A program made the translations under genes and the position numbers. DNA of 64,000 bases from Zootoca vivipara (taxonomy: Eukaryota), in assembly GCF_963506605.1 (NCBI RefSeq), contig NC_083276.1:69440001-69504000 (forward strand), read 5' to 3'. Position 1 is the stretch's first letter; each line of letters starts with the position of its first letter. Shown piece after piece: positions 38,154 to 50,320 of this stretch. The notes under the pieces were generated by a model. That model was not told where the DNA came from. It saw only the letters and a program-made list of their open reading frames with translations, and did not search any database.

Positions 38154-39699
38154 AGAACGGCAACAGGAGGATATGGGAGAGCAGCTAACACTGACTGCCA
38201 AGCTGCTGCAGGGTCCACACTGTGTGTATTCTTGTAAGGGGAGATGGTTAGACAAGAGTAGGGCAAGAGGAAAGGGAGGAGAAATATTTGAGATGCCTTA
38301 TGCAAGAAACTACTGCACTATCCCCTCCCCCAATCAATTTATGCACCAAAGTTGCAAAAAACAGACTTTAAAAACAAAATCAAACAAACATGGAAAACTC
38401 CGGCTTCCTATCTCTCAGCAAAATTTCCCCAATTCCTTCTCCAACTTCACCTTTTTATTTAATAGGTTCATGATCTGTGCTTCTCTTTATCCAGTAAGGG
38501 CTGCTTCACACAAGACAAAATGCCCTGCATGGACAGGTAAGATCCTTGTTCTTTGCCCTATACTTGGAAGCTAGTTCCACTCTGCAGTGAACAGAGATCA
38601 CTTACATATAATAGGTAATGTCATGTAACCCATATGTGCAATTTGCGGAGAGCCATGAATTGCAGTGACTTACTGCTAATGATACACATGGCCTGAAAGG
38701 CATTCATCACCTGTGAAAGTACATACAGGTTTCAAGCAATTGCACATGGAAGTGATTTAAGAGTAGGAATGAGCCTCTAGTGAAATCTTGTCAAGAAGGC
38801 ACTCTTAATGGAGCAGAAGTGAACTCCGGGTACAAAACAGGAGCTGGCACTTGCATTTCACTGCAAATGATGAAGAAGGATTTTGCATGAAAGTCAAGGC
38901 TGTCTTTATAGCTGTAAGTGTTCCACGTGTACCAAAACAAAGAAGATTTCATACTGAAGAGCTATGAAAAATAAAAAGAATTTTTCACAGCTGTTAGGAA
39001 TATTGCAAGTTTAAAATTTATAAATATGTCCTTAAAACGCCCAGATAAATTTGAAGACCAGAACAAAACATAAGGAGTGGGTGCAGATTTCAATGGATAA
39101 GTCTGAGATAGCACTCTACCCCAGTACATAAGTCACTCCTGTTAATAACTTTGAGATAAAACAGGGAAACAGAAGAATAGCGGAAGGAATGCCCTTGCCC
39201 TCCCTAGAATTTGAGTTACTTATCATAAACCTGAAACACTACCAAAATAAAAAATAAAAAAATCAGTGTTGCTATCATACAAAGACAGCAATGAAGCGGA
39301 CCTTGTGTTTTGGTCTTAAAGAGAAGTTTTATTAGCACATCCCCTAATCCAAGAAGGGGGTGAACAATTGCCTTCGACATAGTTTTGCCTATCTGGATCT
39401 CATGTTTTCAAAGGAAGAGGTTTCGCAAGCACAGCGCTCATGCCTGCAAAATACCAAGATTGTAAAACAGAATGGCTGTGTGCGTCTTTCATTCATTCAT
39501 TCAGGAAGCCTGTTATCCTACAATGAGGCGCATCCTTCATAGCAACCTCCCTAAACAACCCGATCTGCCGCTCTCCCCTCCCCAAAATGATCGTGGTAAC
39601 CTGGCGCGTGAAAACAAGGGAGAGCACCCTTCACTTTCCTTTTCTTTCCTTTCCTTCCCCTTCTTTTCTTTTTAAAGGGGAACAACTTTGCTGTAGACG

Positions 39700-40640
39700 G
39701 GGCTGCTCCCCTGCTGGACCACCTGCCCACTTTGGTGAAGGGGGCGCCCGCAGCAGAGCCCCCGCCCTGGCGCCCTACCTGTAAGGGATCCAGTCCGCCT
39801 GGTGCTTCGAAGTCATCGCTCGCCGATGGAGCTAGCAGCCGAGGCAGGGGCAGCAGTCCCCAGGACCGGGACGGGAGGCGAGCGGGCGGGCGCGGATCCC
39901 CTGGTCACAGCCCCCCACCGGCCAGGGCAGCATCCTTTACCCGGCCTAAGGAGCGGCGGCGGCGGCGGCGAGGTCAAGTACATGGGGAGGAATTATCCAA
40001 GCGGGGCTCCGAAGAGCAGAGGCAGCATTTTCCGCGCGAGGGTCGCGCTGCGACGGCGGCAGGAGGCTCCCCTCGCCACAGTCCCTTTCGCCAGCGGCAG
40101 CGCCTCGAGGAGCTGGGCTGGCCAGCGAGTCGCTCACGAGAGGGAGGCGAGGAGGAGCAGGAGAAGCCGCGGCGGCGACTCTGGCGACCCCCGAGCCCGC
40201 GTCCAGGCCGTTGTTGCCTTTCTTCAGCCAATCAGGGTCAGCCCGCGCGTTTGTACACAGAGCCGAGGAGAGACGCCCGCCTTGCCCCAGCAGCGCCGAG
40301 GCGCGGCCACTGCGCTACACTGCACTGCATTGCATTGCATGGCCCTGGACGCGGCAGCCGGGCCGGCCGCCTCAAAAGCGCCTCCCTCCCTCCTTCGCCC
40401 TCCCGCCGGCCAATCGTCAGCGCCCTCAGGCCTGCCGGAGTTCCCCGCCTCGACCGTCGGCGTGGCCTGCGCGTCGCGCGCGCCCTGTCGCCAGGGGGGT
40501 TCCGAGACCAACGCAGGCGCGCGCATCTTTGAAGCGGGAGGGGGGAATGAAAAGAGCGGGCCGGAGAGAAGGAGGTGGGAGCCGGCGGTGGCTTGGAAAT
40601 GGCGCGTGCGAGGCGGAGGCTAAGGTGCGGGGGGGGGGGT
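39700..40640 (-). promoter_or_regulatory. CpG-island promoter / 5'UTR of TUB
   Basis: Abrupt GC/CpG-rich block in CpG-depleted DNA that contains the TUB start exon. CCAAT boxes at 40228-40232 and 40410-40414, GC-rich boxes, and a (GGC)n run at 39953-39970. The TSS cannot be determined from sequence. Confidence 0.9.
39779..39816 (-). CDS. TUB: Tubby protein, first coding exon (MTSKHQADWIPY+S)
   Basis: Minus strand reads ATG ACT TCG AAG CAC CAG GCG GAC TGG ATC CCT TAC AG|gtaggg. This matches the vertebrate TUB N-terminus MTSKPHSDWIPYS. 38 nt, phase-2 donor, inside the CpG island. Confidence 0.95.
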
Positions 40641-40842
40641 ATGGATAAAGAAGTTGTGGTGTTCACAATGCTCTCCTGAGTAGAAGGAGCCCCCTCCAAA
40701 ATAAACAAACAAACATGCCACAACCAATAACCAAGGACGACGTAGGAAGCTGACTTCTACTGAGTCAGGTCATCTGTCCATCTAGCTCAGGATTGTGCGC
40801 ACTGGCAGGCAGGATTTCCAGGGTTTCAGACGCAAGAATAGC

Positions 40843-41182
40843 ATTACCCTCCAACATTTCTCCGATGAAAATAGTAGAATTATCATTAAGGAATGGGAAG
40901 TCCCTATTTATACCCCACACCTCTTACTGAGCTGCCCCAGCCACACTGGGCAGCCTCCATCATTTCTAAAAACATACAACATTAAACATTTAAGAAACTT
41001 CCCTATGCAGGATTGCCTTCAGACGGCTCGGGGGTCGGATAACTCCACACCCTCCAACATTTCTCCAATGAAAATAAGGACAGCCCAAGGAAAAGCGGGA
41101 CATTCCTGGATCAAATCAGAAATCATGATGGCTTCTCTAAATCAGGGACGTCCCTGCAAAATAGGGACACTTGGAGGGTCTG
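40843..41182. mobile_element. hAT-like MITE (accctccaa..ttggagggt termini) within a decayed SINE
   Basis: Inverted termini and a duplicated accctccaacatttctcc..atgaaaata block; no clean TSD. Confidence 0.6.
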
Positions 41183-42567
41183 GAATGGTCTCTCCTATCT
41201 CTACCTGGAGATGCTGGGGGTTGAACCTTCTGCATGCTGTACCGCTGAGGTGTGACCCTTTCCTTCCTGAACATTCATCCAGGTTTGTTCAGAGTAAGAG
41301 CAGGCATGGGCTGCTTCATGAGTATCTATTCTGATTTGTTTGTGGGGAGGTTAGATGGTGATGTGTCAAAAGGAATGTTCTCTCATCTTTCCCAATGCCT
41401 TTCCCCTCTCCCCCTTATCTCAGAAAGTCACATCTTTGGAGATTGTTGTGCAAGACTTCCCAATCAACTATGGCTGCCTTCATGTGACAGTTTGTTCTGC
41501 TGCTGCTGTTAATCTCTGCATTAGTTTTGAGCTTTCACAACATGTCAAAGCTGCTTTCAGAAATCTAGTGGACGTTTATTGCTCATTTCCATGTTAATTG
41601 CTTCGAGGGGAAAACATTTGCAATCCCATTAAGAATGCATTCAGACTTAAAAAATATTGTGTTAATTTCCCTGTTTATAATGCTAGCGCTTCTGTGCCTT
41701 TTTCTAATATTCCTTTCACACTCCAGTACCTGTTGCATTCTGGAACTGGCTTTTAGACCATTACACTGGTATTTCACAATAAATTTCACCCACACCAATG
41801 GACATAGGAGCCAACTCCAGGGTGCTGCCTGGGTGGACTTCTGGTATTATCCAGCATGGGTGTTCTTACAGTTAATGTCCGAAAAAACAGGCATGACTGC
41901 ATGTTTAGCAGCTACAACCTGGACATTGCTGTGTGAGCAGCATTCTGTTCATGTCGTGGGGCTTCCCCTTCTCTCCCCATACACCCCCCAAAATCTGCTC
42001 CAGAAGGCTCCTCATCCTCGAGCAGATTTTGAGGATATTTTTATTTTTACTATCTGAGGATCACGGGGCAGTTTATAATATAAAAACACAGAAATACGTA
42101 ACACAGTAGAAGGTGAAGGAGAAGTTCTGTTGTGCAAATGGAGTGTCGTTGTATCCAAATGCAGCCATATAACAGAAAGGGGAAGAAGAGAGGATAGTAA
42201 TGAGGATTAAAAGGCAGACTTCAACAGTTACCATACCAGAAATGCCTGTAAGAGGTACTACCAGTCTTCTTTCTCTCTCCCACTATCTACTAGCACTTTG
42301 TTCTGTGAACACTTTTGATTCTTGTCCCTCTAGTACAACAAACTCTGTTGCCAGAAAAAGCCACTCATCCTGGCTGCATGCTACTGTTCCTTTTGTACAC
42401 AAAACACTCTCCTGTTATTAAAATAATGCAAACACTTGCACCAATTCAAATAGCCCAAAAGTTCAGTGAGAGAGATTTTTTTTCCATGTTTGCAAACAAA
42501 TTCTTCAAGCAATCTGTTACATTGTAAGGCACTTTCACATCCCACTGATAACATCATGAATCTATAG

Positions 42568-42703
42568 CAGGCATCCCCAAACCTCAGCCCTCCAGATGTT
42601 TTGGACTACAATTCCCATCTTCACCGACCACTGGCCCTGTTAGCTAGGGATCATGGGAGTTGTAGGCCAAAACATCTGGAGGGCCGCATTTTGGGGATGC
42701 CTG
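42568..42703. mobile_element. 136-bp hAT MITE
   Basis: TIR CAGGCATCCCCAAA; TSD ATCTATAG. Confidence 0.93.
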
Positions 42704-42886
42704 ATCTATAGGCTTCTGATTTTAAATACATACCTCAAATAATTCTCAGAAAAGGGCAAGGTTAAGACAGACAATGCAACACAGAATTTTATTTCTGTCT
42801 GCCACAGCCTAGCTTTCAGAAGGAAATAGTAGTTGCATGGCTTTAATCTGCAAGTTTAAAAATAGGCCAGGCTTTATCGTCTTGGT

Positions 42887-43022
42887 CAGACATCCCCAAA
42901 CTTAGGCCCTCCAGATGTTTTGGACTACAATTCCCATCATCCCTGACCACTGGTTCTGTTAGCTAGGGATCATGGGAGTTGTAGGCCAAAACATCTGGAG
43001 GGCCGCAGTTTGGGGATGCCTG
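42887..43022. mobile_element. 136-bp hAT MITE
   Basis: TIR CAG(A/G)CATCCCCAAACT; TSD GTCTTGGT. Confidence 0.93.
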
Positions 43023-43946
43023 GTCTTGGTCTTAAGAGCTTACAGTGTTACTACAAACATCAATGTAGACACAAGGAAATGTGTCTGCCCTTGCATTATT
43101 TTCTTTCAGATCTATCGCATACTAGCCTGGTTATAGTCTTTGTGAGTTTCCCATACCCTCTCCCCAGAAAGTTGTATTTAATTCTCCCTGACCCTCACCA
43201 CAAAAACAATGCCTTTGTGCAACAATGTACTCACTTGAGATAATAGAACCACAGACTTATTCATTTGTCATTGATTTGATTCTCACATTGCTTGGAGTAA
43301 CTATCAACATCAAAGATTGACAAATTCAGGACATTAGAGCACCAAACTCTTGTTCCAAATAGAAGAAAATCATTCACACAAAGGATGTAGCAAATGAACA
43401 GCTAAAATATAAGGATCCACATCCCAACTCGTATATTTCTGGCCTGCCACAAATTTTTGCCTACAACAGGGCCTTCAATGTTGCTGCACCAGTTCTCTAT
43501 CTTGAATTATGCCAGGCTCTTGCAATTGTGGGCTTCTAGAATATGCTAAAAACCCTTTTTGTCTCCCCCTCACTCAGACTTCTCTAGCTTAGCATGCCAT
43601 TCTTGTTAATTTTTCCACAACAAACAATTTGAATATGCCTGCGGGGGGGGGGGGGGTGTCATTGTTTCTTTTTCTTTTTCTTCCTTCCTTTTTTAGACAC
43701 AAATAAATAAATAAATAGCTAAACAAGTACCGGGTAACATTTATTTAGCAGCAACGGACAACTTTGTGATTCAATCAAAAGGACATGTGCATGTACCACC
43801 CACTGGTGTACACATAGTAATATAATCTTTTTTTCTTTTTTCTTTTTTAAAGGTTTCATCTTAAAAACAAAGAACAACCAAGCCTAACAACCTTTAAAGA
43901 TACAAAAAGAAAGAGCAGCAGATAAAGTGTGGTGTGTTTCCTAAAG

Positions 43947-44338
43947 CAGTGGTTCCCAATTGGTGGTCTGCGGATCCCAGGGGCTCCGTGGCAGCATTCA
44001 CATAACAAAAACTACCATAGAAATATCAAAATTATCAAAAGTAGGGGGTCCATGGCTTGGCTTTTGAAAAACAAGGGGTTCACAGTACAGTGGTACCTTG
44101 GTTTGCAACCGTTTTGGATTACAACCGTTTTGGATTACAACCACATCAAACCCGGAAGTGCTGCTCCCCCCTTTTTATTATTACAACCCTTTTTTTTAAT
44201 TACAACCAATTTTGGGGGGGGGGCATTGGTGAAAGCACACCTTGGGTTACAACCTGTTTTGGTTTACAACTGGACCTCCAGAACCGATTATGGTTGTAAA
44301 CCAAGGTACCACTGTACTTAACTAATTGAGAACCACTG
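43947..44338. mobile_element. hAT (Charlie/Buster-like) MITE hosting the above
   Basis: CAGTGGTTCCCAA..TTGAGAACCACTG; 8-bp TSD TCCTAAAG at 43939-43946 and 44339-44346. Confidence 0.9.
44088..44314. mobile_element. pogo/Tigger-like MITE nested in a hAT MITE
   Basis: CAGTGGTACCTTGGTTT..AAACCAAGGTACCACTG with TA TSD. Confidence 0.92.
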
Positions 44339-45081
44339 TCCTAAAGGATTTGTCAATAAATGCCTAGTATCAACCTACTTAAGGCTTTCTGGAATTTTGC
44401 ATTCATCTAGGGAGATATCAGTCATTCTGCTTACCAGCTGTTCCAGACCACCTTGTGCTACCTTGAGCAGCCAAGACAGGCAAGGGTCAAGCGCACAGGT
44501 AGTTGGCCTTATTTTAAATCACTCTTTTGAAAAATGGGTCAAAAGCAATGTTATAGCTAAGGGTCCAATTCCCAAACCTTCTTGAAAATCATTTTTCGCA
44601 AGGGCTGTTTCAATTAGGATGCTAATTGGTTGCCTAAGCCTTCTAGCATTTCCTACATTAAAAGTGACCTGTCCAGATTTCATGACTGATACAGTGACTA
44701 CCCCCCATGCGCCAAACCCCTGCACTTGTTAAAAACAAAATCCATCTATCAATTGAGCCTAACTAACAAAAAAGCATCAGGAGATAGTCTCTTCAGTCAG
44801 AAGGATTTAATATAAGAGACTAACATATATTTCCTTTTAATTAAAAATTAAATAGCCTAGTCCTGTAACACAGCAATCTCCCTGGCGGACAAGAAATATC
44901 TGTCAAAACTGTTGTTTAAGCCGAGTGATTTTTGTTTCTCATTCATATTCCCTCTTACTGCAGCCTTTTGCTTTCTTTGTTATTTTTCAGCTAGCATGAA
45001 TGTCATTGTGCACAACTAATCTGCCAAGGCTTGCGAGAGCCTCTGATCACTGTGGCTTTGAGCATTTTCCATACAACTTAC

Positions 45082-45131
45082 CTGTCCTCTGCTAATTGGG
45101 GCTTTATGAGCAACCTAATTAAAATTCCCAT
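45082..45131 (-). CDS. Candidate upstream alternative first exon of TUB (MGILIRLLIKPQLAED+S)
   Basis: GAGATGG start, 16 codons + AG, consensus donor CAG|GTAAGT, phase 2. No homology support. Confidence 0.25.
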
Positions 45132-48100
45132 CTCATGCGCACTAATTATTCCCCCTATTTCCATTTCAGTCCCACATTTAAGCAGAGTGAGATCATGAAG
45201 CAAATCCAAAATACTCCAAAGTGTGTATGACACAGACACTGAGCCCTGCGTATGTTAAGCTACATTATGCTGAATTCATACCCAAACTTAAGGTGTGCCT
45301 TGGATTTAATCTCATTTTAGGCACAAGAATTGGGCATTTGTCAGCCTGCTTCTCGTAGCGAGTTTTGCTTGCACAGTAGCATAGTTTCTTATCACTAATT
45401 ATACAAATGGGGGGGGTGGCTTGTTAGTATAGTGTTCATTGACTGTTGTTTTGTATTAGATAGAAATGGCCTGTGCAGGCAGGTATTAAAGCTATTGAAT
45501 ATTGTACTTGAATAATGCACTGAAAGGATGGTCAGTGGTGTACCTATCCTATCTTTGGAACTGCCAGCCCTTCAGTCTCCATTGCTGCAAGTTAAATGAG
45601 ACAATTACAGGTACCAGGGTTTGCTTTTGTTTTTTGTTTTGGAGGAAGCTGCCTTTCTTATCTTCACTCCCACCCACCCCTTGTATGTAGTCTCCATAAC
45701 CACAAATGACGAGGTGTATGGATGCATTTTTTCTTAACAAAATGAAACAAATCTTTAGGTAGAATCCAGCTGGTGCGTTTGCACTCCTAGAATAACTTTT
45801 GATCCAGCAAATGCCTCTAGAAAAAAAAGGGAGGAGAAAGGGCTCCCCCCCCTTTTTGCTAATTCTTCCTCCCTTCTGCATTTCCCAATGACCCCCTCCT
45901 AAATCAGCCCCAGGAACCCTCCAGAACAAGGTGGGAAGGACCACAGGGGAGAATAAGCAAAAAATAAATAAATACCCCCTCCTCTTCCATTAACAGGTAT
46001 CTGCTGAATCAAAAGTGGATTCCACCCAATACTGATAGACTGTATTTTAAATGCTTCTTTCTGATTAAGGATACACCTCAAAGGATGAAGTTTCACCCAC
46101 AGCTATTGGTCCCCAAACTTGCACCGCTTACCTTACTGCTCAGTGCAGCTGGAACGTTATACCTGCCGTAAGACCATGTGAATGAATTGGCTTTTCTCTG
46201 AACTATGGTGACTGAGGATTGTGATGGTGGAGAGAGAGAGCATCTTAGAGTGTGTGTCAACAATCCCAGCACCTGCCCATCACAAGCAGGGTGATGCCCC
46301 CCTGAAATAGCTAATTCCTGTATTCAGTACCAAATCGAATGCAAGACCACATCTATAACCTCTCAAGGGAAATGTTTCCCAAAGAGCAGTCATCTCCAAC
46401 CTACATAAATTCATTAAGAATTCTTTTGCTGTTTGGAGGAAATAACAAGCCTGGCTCCTTTCAGCTGGGTGAGAGCACTTTGCTAATAAACTATGAATAA
46501 TTAGGATGTGTAGGTTTCCTTTTGCATTTATTTAGCACTTGCAGGTTCAACCTCTTTGAACTTCCCAAAGCACAAGATCATCACAAAAAGGGGAAACACC
46601 ACTTTGGCTGGGCTCTCAAGTGTGGCATGGCAGTTAATTATATCATGTCAGGATGTCTCAGGAGCTTCTCCACTCATGTCTTTGTCACGAAATGTCACTC
46701 AGGCACAAGCCTAGACCGTCTCTGAAAAGATCCCTTTGATATCAAGGATGCTAGGGACAAGGTTAAACAATCGCTCGGGTTCCCAACATATTCAGTCCCT
46801 GGTGGAATGACTGTGCTACTCTGGATCAGCTCAGGGGAATGTTTCCAATGGGCTGATCCATGTCACTTTGCTCCAAGACACATTGTCCCCACTGCAGAGC
46901 TTGAGTAACAACCTTTTTTTTTTCTTCAACAAGATTTTAACTAGGCCCCCTCTTTGCCTCTATCCTTTGTTCCCTGCCTGTAAGCTATGTTTATTGTTAT
47001 GGGGACTACTAAGGACCTTCTTGGGGGACTTTTTCTTGGGGGACTTTTTCTGCTTTCGAACTGCACTAAAAAAAAGTTTGGGAGAACACTAGAAAAGGGG
47101 GATCTACCGGAAAGAGGAGTTATTTTGGCCCCATCAAGGTCCCGATAAATGATGTGGGTCCCTTGGACAAGCAGGCACTGTCTCCTGGTCTTTACAGGGA
47201 CACCAGGTTTTTTTGTATTAGTTACAATTAGTCTGGTCACAGTAATATGAACTCAGTATCCATTGCCCTCTTCTAAGTTACAGGCCATTCCTCGTTTCCT
47301 CCTCCCACAGCCGCAGGGCAGGTAAATACTAGCATTTCATTTCATTTCTTTCTATTGCCTTATCTATCTCAGCAGCACATTATAATTAACATTATTAGCT
47401 GATTTCTGATTAGAACATTTTATAGGGTTCTTCCTATGTGGTTTTATGTACTATTGCACTAAACCAAATCGGCTTTTTAATGAATAGTGATATATACATA
47501 TGTTATTAATCCCAGTTACAATCCAGCCGAAACATCCATGAGAATATTAAAATCAATTAGATTTTAAAATGCTCGATTAGATTATGCACTTGGCTATGTT
47601 GCGGCAGAAACCTCTGCATGCCCCACCCCTTGCTAGCTCTGACTTCAGGCAAAATATAGTCTCTAGTCAATAAATAGTAAAAGCTTACATTTCTTTACTC
47701 TGAAGCAAGCTCAGCTGAGTTTAATGAGGTTTACTCTCGAGTAAGTGTACAATCTGGTTACAATCCTAAAGGGGTGTTCTAAGTTCCACTGAGTTCAATG
47801 GGACCTACTTCTGGGAGAATGCACAGGATAGGGCTGCTTTTGAACCATATCCTTCATATACCTTCAATTCCTTAAAAGAGTTATACTGTATTAAGAAGTT
47901 AGATCTTTAACTTTTCTGTTTATATTTTTTGTTTAATGAGCAGTTGTATTAATGGATTCACACTGTACACTGCTTGAAATGTTTTGTGTAGTACACAATG
48001 TAATGTAATGATGTTGCATTTCAGTTTAAATATACAGTATCTTGGCCTTATAAAATAATGTGTGAATGACGATCCTTTCACTACACTTGCTTTTCAAAGA

Positions 48101-48913
48101 ATGAAAACAATGCAGCCCATTTCATGGCTCAATCCACTATTTAGCATATTTGCCTCATTACACTTGAAATATTGCATGTTGAAGTGCTAGCAACAATCTG
48201 TTTACATAAAAAGGGATATTGTACACTTTCAGCAGCCTTTTAGAATTACTTAACTGAAACAAAGTAATCAAATCCAGTGGAAAAGCTTGGCAACATTCAT
48301 CTTCCGGAGATTTTCCTTCTTTTACATTTCCTGCAGAAGCTAGTTTAATGAAATCATGGACTGATATCTAAATACATGTGTAAGTGGCTTGGGGTCTATC
48401 ACATAAAGAAGGCAGCTCTCCACATCTTGTTGCTATTTATACATTTGCAATTGCTTCAAATTGAGCAGTAAGATCTGGATTTACGTTCCATGCACAGCCT
48501 TGAACTACATATTTGGCTGTTGCTCGCCTTCTCCATCACATAAATTTGTGAAGAATATGTCACAGTTTTGAGGTGACAAAGAGAAAATATATGGAGCATA
48601 GAGAGCTGCTTATGTCCAGTCTAGCCCAATACTGTAAGCACTGATTGGCAATGGCTCTCTGGGTTTTCAGGAAGGGAGTCTTTTCCAGCCCTACCTGGAG
48701 ATACCAAGGCCTTCTCCTTGCTGAGCAATGTGAGCTTCCACAGAGCACATTCCCAAAGGGGATATGTCCCATCTGCCATCTTGAGAGAGAGCTAACATTC
48801 AAATGCAATTGAATGGTTACATTTTTCAGAACACAGTGACAGTATGATCACTGGCCCTGTCATGATACTGTTGCACACAGCACTCTGATATGAGGCAATC
48901 TACTGTGCCCTTA

Positions 48914-49266
48914 GGGACGTGGGTGGCGCTGTGGGTTAAACCACAGAGCCTAGGGCTTGCCAATCAGAAGGTCGGCAGTTCGAATCCCTGCGACAGGGTG
49001 AGCTTCCGTTGCTCGGTCCCAGCTCCTGCCAACCTAGCAGTTCGAAAGCACACAGTGCAAGTAGATAAATAGGTAACACTCCGGCAGGAAGGTAAACGGC
49101 GTTTCCGTGCGCTGCTCTGGTTCACCACAAGCAGCTTAGTCATGCTGGCCACAAGACCCGGAAGCTGTACGCCAGCTCCCTTGGCCAGTAAAACGAGACG
49201 AGCGCTGCAACCCCCGAGTCGTCCGCAACTGGACCTAATGGTCAGGGGTCCCTTTACATTTACCTT
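48914..49266 (+). mobile_element. Sauria SINE, full length
   Basis: TSD TACTGTGC(C/T)CTTA at 48901-48913 and 49267-49279. Confidence 0.93.
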
Positions 49267-50021
49267 TACTGTGCTCTTAGTAAGAACCTCCTTGTTATAC
49301 AGGTAAGAGAGCCCTTCTTAAAGTACAGTATTCATAATAACACTGAACAGGAGAAGTGTCCACCTGGATCAGACCAGTGACCCATCTGGTCCAGCATTTT
49401 GTTCTCACAGTGGCCCAACAGATGCAGGAGCTGAGCACAACCCCACTGCCCACCTGTGATTCCCAGCAACTGGTATTCAGAGGAATACTGTGTCTGGCAG
49501 TGGAGGTAGCACATAGTCATCATGGCTAGCAGCCACTGATAGCGAATAAAGTTGACCCGTTGATGCAAAAACTTCAATTTACGGAACATAATTTCTCTTC
49601 CCTCTCCCTGTGCAACTCCCATACTCCCTGAAAATCTGTGCTCAGAAACACAGAACAGATTTGCAAGGTGCATGGGGGTTCCATTGCACAAGCAGAGGGG
49701 CCATTGCCCTTTGGCCATTCACAGAGTGATGTAATTGGATGTGCATTATCTTTCTAGACCATGTGTGCCATCAGTGTACCTTTTACATATTCAGAGTGTG
49801 AAACACACACACAAAAGGAAAATGCTGTTGGAACAGGAGGTTCCTTGGAAGTTTTCCTGCACATGCTGAAGAGGAGCCCCTTGTCACTGTGAACCTGGGA
49901 ACTTTTCAAATATCTTGGGCTTGTGGTGGCTGCAATTTAAGAAAATGTGGTTTCCCACAAGGGGCAAGCAAACCAGAAAAGAAGGCAATAAAGTCGACTA
50001 TTAACCCATCGCCCTTTAGTG

Positions 50022-50320
50022 CAGTGTTTCTCAAAGGGTGGGGCCAGAGAGGAGGACATGTGTGGCAGGAAGATTCAAGGACAATCAATGTTGTATGATA
50101 TTTTGGGAATGATTCATGTTCTTATGTAGCTGCATTGTTTTATGCTTTCTGAATGTCCCATGATCACATTATAAAGTAGTTGTGTTCTGTGTTAAAAATC
50201 AAGCATTGCTAGTTGTTTCTTTTTATTTCCCAATGTATTTTCCCTCAGTAATTCAGTGTGATGCAAACCATTTTTTTTTTCTAAAAGCGCGGCCCAGAGA
50301 AAAAACTTTGAGAACCACTG
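50022..50320. mobile_element. hAT (Charlie-like) MITE
   Basis: CAGTG(T/G)TTCTCAAAG TIRs; TSD CTTTA(G/A)TG. Confidence 0.85.

Noticed and set aside
39732-40723. Long overlapping ORFs (266, 273, 161 aa etc.) on both strands
   Set aside because: GC-rich CpG island with few stop codons; low-complexity R/G/P/A peptides with no recognisable family. The real coding piece is the 38-nt TUB exon.
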